A stretch of DNA of 63,900 nt from an uncultured Enterobacteriaceae bacterium (GCA_964601805.1 CAZROW010000002.1:21172-85071); one strand, 5' to 3'. Shown: positions 10,879 through 21,631, counted from the first letter of the stretch. Numbers and translations are program-made. The notes: generated by a model from the letters alone, not told the origin.

Positions 10879-11592
10879 TTACTGCGGGTTCTTGAGCCAT
10901 AAGCAGCCGTTTTCCGCGGCTTTATCGATCTCCTGGAGGCGGGCTTCATGGACTGCCAGTTCCTCGTCAGTGGCACGGATGATCTTCAGGGGTTTGCGGT
11001 CTGCTGACAATTTCCGGATGCCGGTTTCTTCCTGCTGGTTGCCTCCCTCCTCGTAACCCAGGGACAGGCTGGACTGGCCGCCGGTCATCATCAGGTAGAC
11101 ATCCGCCAGGATCTCCGCATCCAGCAAGGCGCCATGAAGCTCACGTTGCGTGTTGTCCACCATGTAGCGCTTGCACAGGGCATCCAGGTTGTTTTTCTGC
11201 CCGGGATGCTTCTTGCGGGCCATGACCAGTGAATCCAGCACCGAGCAGTAGTCCGCCATGGACTTGTAGTCCTGTTTCAAAGCCGCCAGTTCATGGTCCA
11301 GGAAGCCGATATCAAAGGGGGCATTGTGAATAATGAGTTCCGCGCCCTCCACGAAGTCAATGAAACTGCGGGCGATGTCATTGAACAGGGGTTTGTCGGC
11401 CAGAAACTCGTTGGTGATGCCATGCACCTCCAGGGCCGCAGCCTCGACCTCACGCTGGGGATTGATGTAGACATGCAGGTGATTGCCGGTAAGACGGCGA
11501 TTGACCATCTCGACACAGCCAATTTCGATAATCTTGTGGCCCTGGGCCGGATCCAGCCCGGTGGTTTCCGTATCAAGAACGATCTGACGCAT
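10879..11592 (-). CDS. dnaQ: DNA polymerase III epsilon subunit (3'-5' exonuclease)
   Basis: 237 aa with Exo I (IVLDTETTGL), Exo II (HNAPFDIGFL) and Exo III (HGALLDAEILADVY) motifs. Confidence 0.92.
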   Translation of the reverse strand: MRQIVLDTETTGLDPAQGHKIIEIGCVEMVNRRLTGNHLHVYINPQREVEAAALEVHGITNEFLADKPLFNDIARSFIDFVEGAELIIHNAPFDIGFLDHELAALKQDYKSMADYCSVLDSLVMARKKHPGQKNNLDALCKRYMVDNTQRELHGALLDAEILADVYLMMTGGQSSLSLGYEEGGNQQEETGIRKLSADRKPLKIIRATDEELAVHEARLQEIDKAAENGCLWLKNPQ

Positions 11593-11618
11593 AGTTGTCT
11601 CTCCTGCTCTACCTGCCG

Positions 11619-12056
11619 TTACAACTCATCAATACCGCGGTTGGCCAACTGGTCCGCCAGTTCGTTTTCCGGGTGCCCACTGTGGCCCTTGACCCACTCC
11701 CACTGTATATCAAAGTTCTGTACCAGGGCATCCAGTTGCTGCCACAGTTCCGCATTGACGACCGGTTTCTTGCTGGCCGTGCGCCAGCCTTTGCGTTTCC
11801 AGCCTTCGATCCACTCGGTCATGCCCTGCAAGACGTACTTGGAATCCGTGACAATCAATACAGGCCACTTGTTGCCTTTCAGGCATTCCAGGGCTTTGAT
11901 GACAGCCGTGAGTTCCATGCGGTTGTTGGTGGTTTCCGCTTCCCCGCCATAGAGAGTCTTTTCCTTGTCACCGAAACGCAGCAATGCGCCCCAGCCACCG
12001 GGTCCCGGATTACCGCGACAAGCGCCGTCTGTATAGATTTCTACCTGCTCTGACAT
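11619..12056 (-). CDS. rnhA: Ribonuclease HI
   Basis: The internal ATG at 12056 gives [23 protein letters not shown]..., 145 aa, the canonical RNase H N-terminus. The upstream extension in the track ORF has no homology signal. Confidence 0.9.
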   Translation of the reverse strand: MSEQVEIYTDGACRGNPGPGGWGALLRFGDKEKTLYGGEAETTNNRMELTAVIKALECLKGNKWPVLIVTDSKYVLQGMTEWIEGWKRKGWRTASKKPVVNAELWQQLDALVQNFDIQWEWVKGHSGHPENELADQLANRGIDEL

Positions 12057-12066
12057 ACTGCGGGGA

Positions 12067-12876
12067 TCACTTCTCTTCGTTACTGGCGGCCATGTCCCTG
12101 GATACTCGGCTGACGTTTTCGGCAATGGGCATGCCCACGTGGGCGCTGGCAAATTCCCGCCACGAGGTCTGGATCGGGGTCAGGGGCAGCACCTGCTTGC
12201 GCGCACAGATCATGTACACACCGCCGGTTGGCCAGTTCAGGCGCGAGGCCAGATTGTCCATGATGCCCGAGTAGCGAATCACACCGGGAGAGTTGATCGG
12301 CAGGCAATAGCCCCCGAAACGTACCTGCTCTACCTGGAAGTCGAGTAACTTGAGCCAGTCTGTCAGTCTCAGGGTGCTCAACAGCTTGCCCTGCCAGGGC
12401 GATTTCTTGCGACCGGGAAAACGGGTGCGGATGCCCCAGCTACTGATGGGATTGAAGCCGATGATGACAATGTGGCCACCGGCAATAAGGACGCGCGAGA
12501 CTTCCCTGAGCAACTGGTGCTGGGCAGCGGTGTAATCCAGCGCATGGTGCAGCAGTACCAGGTCAACGGACTCACTGGACAGCGGAATGGCATCGCCCCT
12601 GGCGAGAATCTCGGGAGCCTGGTTGATCTCATCCTCTTCATAGTGAGCAGCCTGGGTGATGGCAAACTTGTGTCCGATGGGGCTGCTCTCGTACATCGGC
12701 AAATCCGCACAACCAATCTGCAGCAGGTGATAACCAAAGCGCCTGGGAAGGGTTTTTTCCAGCAGTTGTTGTTCGCTTTGCAACAGACGCTCACCCAGGG
12801 GAGTGCGATACCAGTGATTCATGGACTGGTAGAAACCCGGTGTATCGAGGTTGTCCCTGTGTGTTTGTCGGAACAT
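12067..12876 (-). CDS. Class I SAM-dependent methyltransferase (YafS-like)
   Basis: Lies between rnhA and gloB, as yafS does in E. coli. The start is uncertain (12924, 12876 or later). Confidence 0.55.
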   Translation of the reverse strand: MFRQTHRDNLDTPGFYQSMNHWYRTPLGERLLQSEQQLLEKTLPRRFGYHLLQIGCADLPMYESSPIGHKFAITQAAHYEEDEINQAPEILARGDAIPLSSESVDLVLLHHALDYTAAQHQLLREVSRVLIAGGHIVIIGFNPISSWGIRTRFPGRKKSPWQGKLLSTLRLTDWLKLLDFQVEQVRFGGYCLPINSPGVIRYSGIMDNLASRLNWPTGGVYMICARKQVLPLTPIQTSWREFASAHVGMPIAENVSRVSRDMAASNEEK

Positions 12877-13032
12877 GGTTTGCCTGGAAAATCCCCTGGT
12901 GGCTGTTTCAGGATCAATGGTCACGGCATGATGCCTGAGATTTCGGTATCATACCGGAGACACAGGGTTCTTGCGACAAGGACCCGATTTTTAAGACAGT
13001 TTCAAGACCGCAAAGCCCGGCAGGAGAAAACC

Positions 13033-13815
13033 ATGTTTGACGTCAAACCGATACCCGCATTCCAGGACAATTACCTGTGGCTGTTTCGAGATGACGGTTC
13101 CCGTGAATGCGGCATTGTTGATCCCGGCGATGCCGGGCCTGTACTGGATTACCTGCAGGCAAATGACCTGGTACTGTCGGTGATATTCATCACTCACCAC
13201 CATGCTGATCACACGGGCGGTATTGCCCGGCTACTGGAAGCATTCGATGTGCCGGTTTACGGGCCGGACTCACCCCGAATTCCTGCTGTCACGCACACCC
13301 TGTCAGAAGGCAGTGAAGTGAGCGTCTTTGGCCGTTCATTCCGCATCCTGGAAATACCCGGACATACACTGGACCACATTGCCTATTTCTCAGCTGGCGA
13401 AAAGGACCAGGCGCCCGTGCTTTTCTGTGGAGACACCCTGTTTGCCGGCGGCTGTGGTCGCGTATTTGAAGGCACGCACAGCATGATGCACCAGTCCCTG
13501 CAAAAACTGGCGGTGTTACCGGCCAACTGCCAGGTCTATTGTGCCCATGAGTACACCCTGTCCAACCTGAAATTTGCCCGGGCAGTCACCCCCGACAGCC
13601 AGTCACTGGCCAGTCGCCTGGAAAAGGAAAATGCCTTGCGCCAGCAGGATATTCCGACGGTACCCACTACCCTGGAAGTTGAACTGGCAACCAACCCCTT
13701 TTTACGCTGCAGTGAAGATGACGTGATTGCAGCGGCCCGCTCTCATAGCGGCCAGTCAGTGGCTGCACCCGATGAAGTCTTTGGCGTCATCAGGGACTGG
13801 AAGGATTCATTCTGA
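13033..13815 (+). CDS. gloB: Hydroxyacylglutathione hydrolase (glyoxalase II)
   Basis: The ATG at 13033 gives MFDVKPIPAFQDNYLWL..., 260 aa, with the metallo-beta-lactamase motif THHHADHTGG. The track ORF start at 12472 is an antisense-overlap artefact. Confidence 0.9.
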   Translation: MFDVKPIPAFQDNYLWLFRDDGSRECGIVDPGDAGPVLDYLQANDLVLSVIFITHHHADHTGGIARLLEAFDVPVYGPDSPRIPAVTHTLSEGSEVSVFGRSFRILEIPGHTLDHIAYFSAGEKDQAPVLFCGDTLFAGGCGRVFEGTHSMMHQSLQKLAVLPANCQVYCAHEYTLSNLKFARAVTPDSQSLASRLEKENALRQQDIPTVPTTLEVELATNPFLRCSEDDVIAAARSHSGQSVAAPDEVFGVIRDWKDSF

Positions 13816-15438
13816 CTGAGTGGAGTGCCCTGCAGCACGCTCATTAGCGTCTGCAAAAAGGGTTTTGCCGGGAATGGCGTTAAGCAGGGTTTGCGTGTAC
13901 TCCTGGGTCGGGGCATCAAAGACCTGCTGCACCGAACCGCTTTCCACCAGCCTGCCCTCTTTCATCACCACGATACGGTCTGACAGGTAGCGAACTACCC
14001 CCAGGTCATGCGAGATGAACAGCATGGTGAGATTGAAACGATCCACCAGTGCCAGGAGCAAATCAAGGATCTGGGCCTGAATGGTGACATCCAGTGCCGA
14101 GACAGGTTCATCGGCAACGATCAGTGCCGGCTTGGTCGCAATAGCGCGGCCGATGGCAATACGCTGGCGTTGCCCGCCGGAAAATTCATGGGGATATCGC
14201 AGTACACTTTCCCGGGTCAGCCCGACGGAATCCATGAGTGCATAGACTTTCTGGTCAAGATTCTTGCGGTTACAGATTTTATGCAGCAGCAGCGGTTCTG
14301 CCAGGGTATCGTAAACCGTCATGCGCGGGTTCAGGCTGGCATAGGGATCCTGGAAAATCATCTGCATCTGGCGGCGCAGGGGTTTCAGGCGGCTGTGGGA
14401 ATAATGGCTGATATCTTCGCCATTGACGATTACAGCCCCCTGTACCGGCTCCAGGAGGCGCAGGATGGTGCGCCCCAGGGTGGACTTGCCTGAACCAGAC
14501 TCGCCAACCAGGCCAAGAATTTCATGGCGTTTGATATCCAGGCTCACCTGGTCGACAGCCCTGACCACCTCGCCTTTTTTGCTGCCGGCAAATTCCACTA
14601 CGATATCCTGCAAACTGACCATCACTTCGCTACTGGTGGATGAGTCTGCTTTCTGGCTGGTAGGTACTGCGTCGAGCAGTTTGCGGGTATAGGGATGACT
14701 GGCATGCCTGAAAATGGCGTCATGGTCCCCCTTCTCGACAAACACACCGTTTTGCATCACCGCGATTTCATCAGCAATATCAGACACCACGCTGAGATCA
14801 TGACTGATAAAAATCACGCCGATATTACGACGCTCCTGCAGTTCCTTGAGCAACTTCAATATCTGGGCCTGGACAGTGACATCCAGTGCCGTGGTGGGCT
14901 CATCCGCAATGATGATGTCCGGTTCAGTGACAAGGGCCATGGCGATAACGACACGCTGGCGCATGCCGCCGGAAAATTCAAAAGGCCACGCGTTCATGCG
15001 TTGTGCTGCATCCCGGATACCGACCTCTTCCAGAATCTCGATGCCCTTTTTCCAGGCCTCCTGTTTGCTCATGCCAAAATGCAGGCGCAGGGGTTCAATC
15101 AACTGGTCGCCTATTTTCAGGAAGGGATTCAGGGTCGTCATGGGGTCCTGAAAAATAATGGAGATGCCCTTGCCCCTGACCTTGCGTAACTGGCTCTCGG
15201 ACAGGGTCAACAGGTCCTGGTCATGGAACATCACCTGCCCTGATTCAATCCTGCCTGGTGGCATCGGGACCAGGCCAAGCATGCTGTAACAGGCAACGGA
15301 TTTACCGGATCCGGACTCACCGATAATGGCAAAGGTCTTACCGACTTCCACATCAAAGCTGATACCGTTGACGGCCTCCACCAGGCCATTGCGGGTATGG
15401 AAGTGTACGGAGAGATCCTTGACTTCTAACAGTGGCAT
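13807..15438 (-). CDS. Peptide/opine ABC transporter, fused double ATPase (YejF/DppDF-like)
   Basis: Two complete ABC cassettes: Walker A GESGSGKS twice, signatures FSGGMRQR and FSGGQRQR. The start at MPLLEVKDLSVHF (15438) lies 7 nt after the permease stop. Confidence 0.85.
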   Translation of the reverse strand: MPLLEVKDLSVHFHTRNGLVEAVNGISFDVEVGKTFAIIGESGSGKSVACYSMLGLVPMPPGRIESGQVMFHDQDLLTLSESQLRKVRGKGISIIFQDPMTTLNPFLKIGDQLIEPLRLHFGMSKQEAWKKGIEILEEVGIRDAAQRMNAWPFEFSGGMRQRVVIAMALVTEPDIIIADEPTTALDVTVQAQILKLLKELQERRNIGVIFISHDLSVVSDIADEIAVMQNGVFVEKGDHDAIFRHASHPYTRKLLDAVPTSQKADSSTSSEVMVSLQDIVVEFAGSKKGEVVRAVDQVSLDIKRHEILGLVGESGSGKSTLGRTILRLLEPVQGAVIVNGEDISHYSHSRLKPLRRQMQMIFQDPYASLNPRMTVYDTLAEPLLLHKICNRKNLDQKVYALMDSVGLTRESVLRYPHEFSGGQRQRIAIGRAIATKPALIVADEPVSALDVTIQAQILDLLLALVDRFNLTMLFISHDLGVVRYLSDRIVVMKEGRLVESGSVQQVFDAPTQEYTQTLLNAIPGKTLFADANERAAGHSTQSE

Positions 15439-15445
15439 AGGCGCT

Positions 15446-16333
15446 TCAATCCCTCGATGCTTTGGGGTCAAGGGCATCACGCAAGCCATCCCCGAAAAAG
15501 TTCAGGGCAAACAGGGTGATGGTCAATGCGAGGCCGGGGAAAATCAGGAGCCAGGGATACTCTTCCATGGTCTCGACACCATAGGAGATCAACACCCCCC
15601 AGGATGACTGGGGCGGCTGGATACCCAGCCCCAGGAAGCTCAGGAAAGCCTCCAGCAGCATGACATTGGGAATGGTGAGCGTGGTATAGACAATGACCGG
15701 TCCCAGGGCATTGGGAATCAGGTGCCGGGCAATAATGGCAAAGGGAGACAGTCCCAGGGACATGGCCGCTTCCACATATTCCTGCTGACGCAGGCTCTGG
15801 ACCTGTCCCCTGACGATGCGCGCCATGACCAGCCATTCCACGGCACCAATGGCCAGGAACAGCAGCAACAGGTTACGTCCGAACACCACCATCAGGAGAA
15901 TGATGAAGATCATGTAGGGCAAGGCATAAAAAATATCGACCAGGCGCATCATCACCGAATCCACCCTGCCCCCGGCATAACCGGCAATGGCACCGTAGGT
16001 AATGCCGATCACAAGGGCCACGAATGTGGCTATAAACCCGACCAGCAGGGAAATACGGCCACCATAGAGAATCCGCGTCAGCATGTCCCTGCCAAAAGTA
16101 TCGGTGCCCAGCCAGTGCTCCGTGTTCGGTGGCACAGCCCCCAGGCGCAGGTTCTGTTCCTCGTAACCGTAGGGTGCTATCCAGGGCGTGAGCAGACAAA
16201 TCACGATCAGTACCAGCAGGTAGCACAGCCCGAACATGGCCAGGCGGTTTTTGCGCAGGCGATGAAAGGCATCCTGCCAGAGGGAAGTTCCCTTTGGCAT
16301 GGCCTGTATGGTGTTGGCAGTCTCGGTCGTCAT
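15446..16333 (-). CDS. Peptide ABC transporter permease (DppC/OppC-like)
   Basis: 295 aa, about 6 TM, BPD-transport type, sitting between the other permease and the ATPase. Confidence 0.8.
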   Translation of the reverse strand: MTTETANTIQAMPKGTSLWQDAFHRLRKNRLAMFGLCYLLVLIVICLLTPWIAPYGYEEQNLRLGAVPPNTEHWLGTDTFGRDMLTRILYGGRISLLVGFIATFVALVIGITYGAIAGYAGGRVDSVMMRLVDIFYALPYMIFIILLMVVFGRNLLLLFLAIGAVEWLVMARIVRGQVQSLRQQEYVEAAMSLGLSPFAIIARHLIPNALGPVIVYTTLTIPNVMLLEAFLSFLGLGIQPPQSSWGVLISYGVETMEEYPWLLIFPGLALTITLFALNFFGDGLRDALDPKASRD

Positions 16334-16338
16334 TGCTG

Positions 16339-17268
16339 TTAATTCTTGAATTGGTAACGCAGTCTCGGGTTCATCCAGGCCGCGACGATATCGGACAGCA
16401 GGTTGAACAGCACGATCAGCGTGGAAAGAAAAACTGTTGTCCCCAGGATCATCGTGTAATCACGATTGAAGGCAGCCTGGATATAGAAACGCCCCAGCCC
16501 GGGAATCTGGAATACGGTTTCCACCACAAAGGAGCCGCTGAGCAAGGCCGCAAAGGCCGGCCCCAGGTAACTGATTACCGGCAACAGTCCCCCGCGAAGG
16601 GCATGGCGAAATACCACGGTGGTTTCAGGCAGGCCTTTTGCCCTGGCTGTACGCAGGTAATCCTGGTTCATGACTTCCAGCATGCCGGAGCGGCTCAGCC
16701 GGGCAATATAGGCAGCATACATGGCACCCAGGGTAATGCTGGGCAGTATCTTGTCACCGGGCGTTGATCCCCAACCCGAGATGGGCATGACATCAAGCCA
16801 GATGCCAAAAATCAGTACCAGCAGTGGCCCCAGCAAGAATGACGGCATGCAGATGCCAATCATGGCCAGGCTCATCGGGACATAGTCCTGCGCCGTATTG
16901 GGTTTCAAGGAGGCAATGACCCCGGCACCACAACCGATGACCAGGGCAATCAGCAGGGCATAGAATCCGAGCTCCGCCGTGATGGGCAGGCCCTGGAATA
17001 TCAAGTCGTTGACCGAACGGCCGGGGTAGTAAAAGGAAGGCCCCATATCGCCCTGTAACAGGTCTCCCAGGTAGGACAGGTATTGTTCGTGCATGGGCAG
17101 ATCGAGCCGGTAACGGGCTTCCAGTGCAGCCCTGACCTGTTCGCTGACTGCTTTCTCTGAATCAAAAGGCCCGCCAGGGGCGGCCCTGACAAGAAAGAAC
17201 GTCACTGTGATGACGGCCAGAATAACCGGAACGGCCTGGAGAATACGAAGCCCGACAAATCGCCACAT
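16339..17268 (-). CDS. Peptide ABC transporter permease (DppB/OppB-like)
   Basis: 309 aa. N-terminal MWRFVGLRILQAVPVILAVITVTFFL is typical of DppB/OppB, and it carries an EAA-like loop (YLRTARAKGL). Confidence 0.8.
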   Translation of the reverse strand: MWRFVGLRILQAVPVILAVITVTFFLVRAAPGGPFDSEKAVSEQVRAALEARYRLDLPMHEQYLSYLGDLLQGDMGPSFYYPGRSVNDLIFQGLPITAELGFYALLIALVIGCGAGVIASLKPNTAQDYVPMSLAMIGICMPSFLLGPLLVLIFGIWLDVMPISGWGSTPGDKILPSITLGAMYAAYIARLSRSGMLEVMNQDYLRTARAKGLPETTVVFRHALRGGLLPVISYLGPAFAALLSGSFVVETVFQIPGLGRFYIQAAFNRDYTMILGTTVFLSTLIVLFNLLSDIVAAWMNPRLRYQFKN

Positions 17269-17288
17269 AGGTTATGTCTACCCTGGCC

Positions 17289-18932
17289 CTAGGCGTCTGG
17301 TTCCAGGGAAATGTACTTGTAGTTGTGATATCCCATGATGTTGTCAGGCATACCCTTCACGCTGGTATCAATGAGGTGTTTGTACTGGTAGGTGAAGATG
17401 GGCAGGATCGGCATGTTTTCCAGCAGGATGGTTTCAGCTTCCTTGTACAGGGCATAGCGCTTTTCCCTGTCCAGTTCAGCCGGTGCTTCCTTGAGAATGA
17501 TCTCGTCATAACGGGCATTGGAGAACCCGGTTTTATTATTGCCGCCGTCGGTGATGTACATGTTGAGGAAGGTGTAGGGATCCACGTAGTCACCTATCCA
17601 GCCGCGACGCGCAATGTCGTAATTCATGTTGTTATGGGAATCAAGGTAGACCTTCCATTCCTGGTTGACCAGGTTGACCTGGATATTCAGTTCCTGCATC
17701 CACATCTGCTGGATCGCCACTGCAATCTTGCGGTGGTCCTCGTGCGTGTTGTACAGCAGGTCAAAGGCAGGAAAGCCTTCCCCATTCGGGTAGCCGGCCT
17801 CGGCCAGCAACTGGCGTGCCTGCTCCGGGTCATAACTGAATACACTGGGCGGGTTGTAGCCCAGGGTACCCGGGGGCACCAGGGCTGTTGAACCGGTGTA
17901 AACACCCTGGGTGACCGTCTCGGCTATCAGCGACCGGTCAACGGACATGGCCAGCGCCTTTCGGACCCTGACATCGGTCATGGGTTCACGGGTGGTGTTG
18001 ATCATGTAGAAATAGGAACCGATCCAGGGTGCGATATGGGTGACTTCGGGCTGTTCGTTCTTGTAGGTCTGGATTTTGTCCAGGGGTATCTCATTTGTGC
18101 GGTGAAGCTGGCCATCACGGAACATGCGTTCTTCAGTGACCAGGTTTTCTGTCGGGTAGAACACAACGGCATTGAGATCAACTTCATCGGCATCCCAGTA
18201 CAGCGGGCTTTTTTCCACGCGCACATGTGAATTGATTTGCCATTCAGTCAGGACGAAGGCGCCATTGGTGACAATATTGCCCTCCCTGGCCCATTGGCTC
18301 AGGCGATCATCCATGGAACCAAAACTCTCAACGGTTTGCCGGTGCACAGGAAACAAGCTGTAGTGATCCAGTAACTGCAGGAAATATGGCGTGGGCGATT
18401 CCAAGGTGACCTGTAAAGTGAGTTCGTCTATGACCTTGACGCCTACCTGGCTGAAATCGGCCATATCGCCATTGTTGTAGGCCTCGGCATTTTTGATCGG
18501 ATAATACATGTAGCTGTATTCACTACCCAGTATTGGCGACATGCCACGTTTCCAGGACCAGTGGAAATCTTCTGCCGTTACCTGGTCGCCATTACTCCAC
18601 ATGGCATTGTCACGCAGATGGAAGGTATAGGTTAATCCATCCTCACTGATGTCCCAGCTTTCTGCCACACCGGGCTCGATTTCCAGATCATAGGGATTCT
18701 TGGTGACCAGGCCCTCGAACAGGGCGCCGAGGATATGATGCTCAGGAACGCCAGTGACCACATGGGGATCAAGCCCCTGTGGCTCAGCACCATTACCAAA
18801 GTGCAAGACACCCTCCCTGTTGCCGGCCTCGACCCGGGACTCGCTGCTGCCGCCACTGCAGGCGGTGAGGAACAGGGTTATGCATATGGCAACTAGGCGA
18901 AACTGGGTGAATGTCATCGTCGGTCTTCTCAC
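17289..18932 (-). CDS. ABC transporter substrate-binding lipoprotein, family 5 (peptide/nickel)
   Basis: 547 aa. Signal peptide with lipobox LTAC. First gene of the four-gene transporter operon. Confidence 0.8.
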   Translation of the reverse strand: MRRPTMTFTQFRLVAICITLFLTACSGGSSESRVEAGNREGVLHFGNGAEPQGLDPHVVTGVPEHHILGALFEGLVTKNPYDLEIEPGVAESWDISEDGLTYTFHLRDNAMWSNGDQVTAEDFHWSWKRGMSPILGSEYSYMYYPIKNAEAYNNGDMADFSQVGVKVIDELTLQVTLESPTPYFLQLLDHYSLFPVHRQTVESFGSMDDRLSQWAREGNIVTNGAFVLTEWQINSHVRVEKSPLYWDADEVDLNAVVFYPTENLVTEERMFRDGQLHRTNEIPLDKIQTYKNEQPEVTHIAPWIGSYFYMINTTREPMTDVRVRKALAMSVDRSLIAETVTQGVYTGSTALVPPGTLGYNPPSVFSYDPEQARQLLAEAGYPNGEGFPAFDLLYNTHEDHRKIAVAIQQMWMQELNIQVNLVNQEWKVYLDSHNNMNYDIARRGWIGDYVDPYTFLNMYITDGGNNKTGFSNARYDEIILKEAPAELDREKRYALYKEAETILLENMPILPIFTYQYKHLIDTSVKGMPDNIMGYHNYKYISLEPDA

Positions 18933-19109
18933 TGGATTCGGGTGGTAGGAAATTTACAGCCGGACAAGGCCTGGAAACTGACTTGAGGATATCACTGACT
19001 ATCCTTATGTGCTTGAACTGATTAAAGAATATACACCATTACTTCTGCTGTCTAGCGGGTTTCATGGTCACGTGAACATGATCGCGTCACTGGAAGAGAA
19101 CCCTGTAAG

Positions 19110-19133
19110 GCCCGGTTTCTTTCGAAACCGGGC
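19110..19133 (-). terminator. Possible stem-loop terminator after ppiD (weak U-tract)
   Basis: GCCCGGTTT / AAACCGGGC stem 17 nt downstream of the ppiD stop, with no clear T-run. Confidence 0.35.
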
Positions 19134-19149
19134 GACAGTGGTATCGGGA

Positions 19150-21036
19150 TTAACGGGTAATATCGGCGCGACTCTCCAGGCCTGTCAACAGTGCCTCAAG
19201 ACCGGCATTGGCATAATACTGGGACAGGAAGGATTTCAGGCTTTCCAGCTGGGCCTCATCGAAGTCCTCCATGGTGCCCTGCTCGGCATCCTGCAGCTCA
19301 ACAACGACATAGGCGCCGTTTGAAAGTTGAAAACCATCCACCACGACTTCACCTTCTTCAGGCGGGGTCATGTCAAAGACATTGTTGACCAGTTCGGGAG
19401 GGAGCAGCTGGTTGTTGCGCTCCAGATCCTGGATCTGGTTCCAGCTCAGGCCCTGGGTGTCGAGCATAGTATCGATATTGTTACCAGCCTGCAGGTCATT
19501 GACGATGGTTGCTCCCATTTCAGCCTCCCGTTCGTTTATCTTGTCGATCTGGAGGGCAATGCGGATTTCCTCGCGAACATTTTCCAGGGGTTCGAGCTGG
19601 GGCTGGTTGTGTTCATCTACGCGAATAACGACGCTGCGTGAAGGGGAGACTGAAATCAGGTTGCTGTTCAGCCCATCCGCCAGGACGTCCGGACTGAAAG
19701 CGGCATCAACCACATCACTGTTTGCTGCAATACCGGCTCCACCACTTCTGCCAAACAGGTCGGTAGTCTGTATTTCCAGCCCCATGATTTCGGCAGGATC
19801 CTGCAGGTCAAATGACTCGAAAGCCAGGTTACCCAGTTCTTCAGAACGCTCAAGGAAAAGGGTGTCCACTTCTGCCGTTTTCAGGTCACGTTCTATTCTT
19901 TCCCTGCTGTCTTCAAAGGTTTCAATTTCAGATTCACTTTGTTCCGTCAGCTTGATCAGGTGAATACCGAATTCTGTACGTACCGGACCGGAAACTTCGC
20001 CAACAGCCAGTGACTGCAAGGCCTGCTCAAAGGGTTCAACGAAGTTGTCCCCCGAGGTATAACCCACATCACCACCGTCTTCGGCAGAACCCAGGTCGTC
20101 AGAAAACTCGGCAGCAAGCTCTTCAAAGCTTTCACCATTATCTATACGTGACTTGATATCCTGGGCCTGTTCGATAGCAGCGTTATATTCATCATCATCA
20201 AAGGCTTCCAGGAGAATATGGGAGGCCCGGCGTTCTATCTGTGACTGGTATTCCTGCTGTTCTTCGTCGTAGCGCTGACGAATCTGGTCCTCGGAAACGG
20301 TGACTTCGTCGAAAATGCTGTCCTTGTCCAGTTCCAGGTACTGCACTGACACCTGTTCTTCCAGCATGAAGCGGCTTTCATTGTTAGCGTAATATTCTTC
20401 AATTTCCTCATCGCTCACGTCGACCTCGGTGAGCTGGTCATCAAGGCTGATGAGGATATAGCGGATATCCCGTGTTTCATTGAGGAGACCGGCAAGCTGT
20501 TCTATTTCCCTGTCGGTAACAAATTCAGAGAGGCCCAGGGTGAATGTGGTCTGGTTGATGAGACCCTCTGCTGCCAGCGCCTGGCGATAGGAGTTGGGGG
20601 TATAACCCATGCTCTGGAGAATCAACTGTGCCCTTTCAGCATTGAACACACCGTCAACCTGGAAATCGGCTGTCTGGGCAATGCTGCGATCTATGACGCG
20701 TGAAGACACGATCATCCCAGCCTTGTCCGCATATTGCATGAGAAGTTCGCGCTCGATCAGTTCATCCAGGGCAACTTCGCGGATCTCTTCCTCGTTAATT
20801 GCAGACAGGTCAGCATCCGGTCCCATGGACTCGATTACTTCCTGGATTCTGCGCTGGGTATTCTGTTCAACTGCAAGCTCATCGATATCCACACCGTTGA
20901 CAGACACCACCGGCGTAGCGGTGATGACACTGGTGACAATCGTACTGGCACCCCAGGCACCAAAGACCACAATAATGAACCAGACAAATATTTTGGCCCC
21001 AACACCCTTACTGTTATCGCGAATTTTTTGCAGCAT
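19150..21036 (-). CDS. ppiD: Periplasmic chaperone / peptidyl-prolyl isomerase PpiD
   Basis: 628 aa with an N-terminal membrane anchor (MLQKIRDNSKGVGAKIFVWFIIVVFGAW) and a parvulin domain (ASHILL...). Conserved position after hupB. Confidence 0.88.
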   Translation of the reverse strand: MLQKIRDNSKGVGAKIFVWFIIVVFGAWGASTIVTSVITATPVVSVNGVDIDELAVEQNTQRRIQEVIESMGPDADLSAINEEEIREVALDELIERELLMQYADKAGMIVSSRVIDRSIAQTADFQVDGVFNAERAQLILQSMGYTPNSYRQALAAEGLINQTTFTLGLSEFVTDREIEQLAGLLNETRDIRYILISLDDQLTEVDVSDEEIEEYYANNESRFMLEEQVSVQYLELDKDSIFDEVTVSEDQIRQRYDEEQQEYQSQIERRASHILLEAFDDDEYNAAIEQAQDIKSRIDNGESFEELAAEFSDDLGSAEDGGDVGYTSGDNFVEPFEQALQSLAVGEVSGPVRTEFGIHLIKLTEQSESEIETFEDSRERIERDLKTAEVDTLFLERSEELGNLAFESFDLQDPAEIMGLEIQTTDLFGRSGGAGIAANSDVVDAAFSPDVLADGLNSNLISVSPSRSVVIRVDEHNQPQLEPLENVREEIRIALQIDKINEREAEMGATIVNDLQAGNNIDTMLDTQGLSWNQIQDLERNNQLLPPELVNNVFDMTPPEEGEVVVDGFQLSNGAYVVVELQDAEQGTMEDFDEAQLESLKSFLSQYYANAGLEALLTGLESRADITR

Positions 21037-21169
21037 TTCCCAATTCCACGCTTAAAACCGTTTATTACTCACCAGGCAAATCATTCCCTGGCGCCAAATA
21101 AGGCCCTGCGGTCAGGACCGTTTCGACTACTTCAGTCTTGTCAGGCTATTTCAGCCTTTACTAAATGAA

Positions 21170-21195
21170 GAAGGCGCATCAATTGATGCGCCTTC
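21170..21195 (-). terminator. Intrinsic terminator after hupB
   Basis: 11-bp stem GAAGGCGCATC / GATGCGCCTTC with a 4-nt loop, followed on the minus strand by TTCATTT. A second hairpin (21240-21262) lies directly after the hupB stop. Confidence 0.6.
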
Positions 21196-21268
21196 CAAAA
21201 GAACCGGTTCAGGAACAAAGTCCTGCGGATTTCTGTTACCCGGCTCCTTCAGAAGGAGCCGGAGTATA

Positions 21269-21544
21269 TCAGGAATTTACCGCGTCTTTGAGTGCCTTAC
21301 CCGCTTTAAATGAAGGAACCCTGGCAGCAGCGATCTGGATAGGTGCACCAGTCTGGGGGTTACGACCAGTGCGAGCCGGACGATCCTTGACGTTAAAAGA
21401 GCCAAAGCCAACGAGTGATACTGAATTGCCTGATTTCAATGATGCAGCAATAGCATCGGTCATGGCATCAATAGCACGGGCAGCAGCAGCTTTTGGTAAA
21501 TCGGCAGTTACAGCAACAGCGTCAATTAATTCTGATTTATTCAC
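21269..21544 (-). CDS. hupB: Nucleoid protein HU beta
   Basis: 91 aa: [11 protein letters not shown]...[21 protein letters not shown]. Canonical HU, located downstream of lon as in E. coli. Confidence 0.93.
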   Translation of the reverse strand: MNKSELIDAVAVTADLPKAAAARAIDAMTDAIAASLKSGNSVSLVGFGSFNVKDRPARTGRNPQTGAPIQIAAARVPSFKAGKALKDAVNS

Positions 21545-21592
21545 GTTATCCCCTTCTTATGATTGTAGGTTCAAGTTGATGTGGAATTTTTT

Positions 21593-21631
21593 TGTTAACT
21601 ACTTTTGTTAATTACGAATGTTAACTACGTT
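21593..21631. repeat. Three tandem 13-bp repeats TGTTAAYTAC+3 nt in the hupB promoter region
   Basis: Copies start at 21593, 21606 and 21619. Each contains the palindrome GTTAAC or GTTAAT. Confidence 0.8.

Noticed and set aside
12472-13032. N-terminal 187-aa extension of the gloB track ORF (similar extensions at 50232-50363, 36630-36857, 7435-7698, 11619-12152 and 26611-28029)
   Set aside because: The extensions overlap neighbouring genes or promoter DNA and lack homology. Internal ATGs give canonical N-termini for GloB, the M16C protease, AlaA, DUF934, RnhA and Tig.
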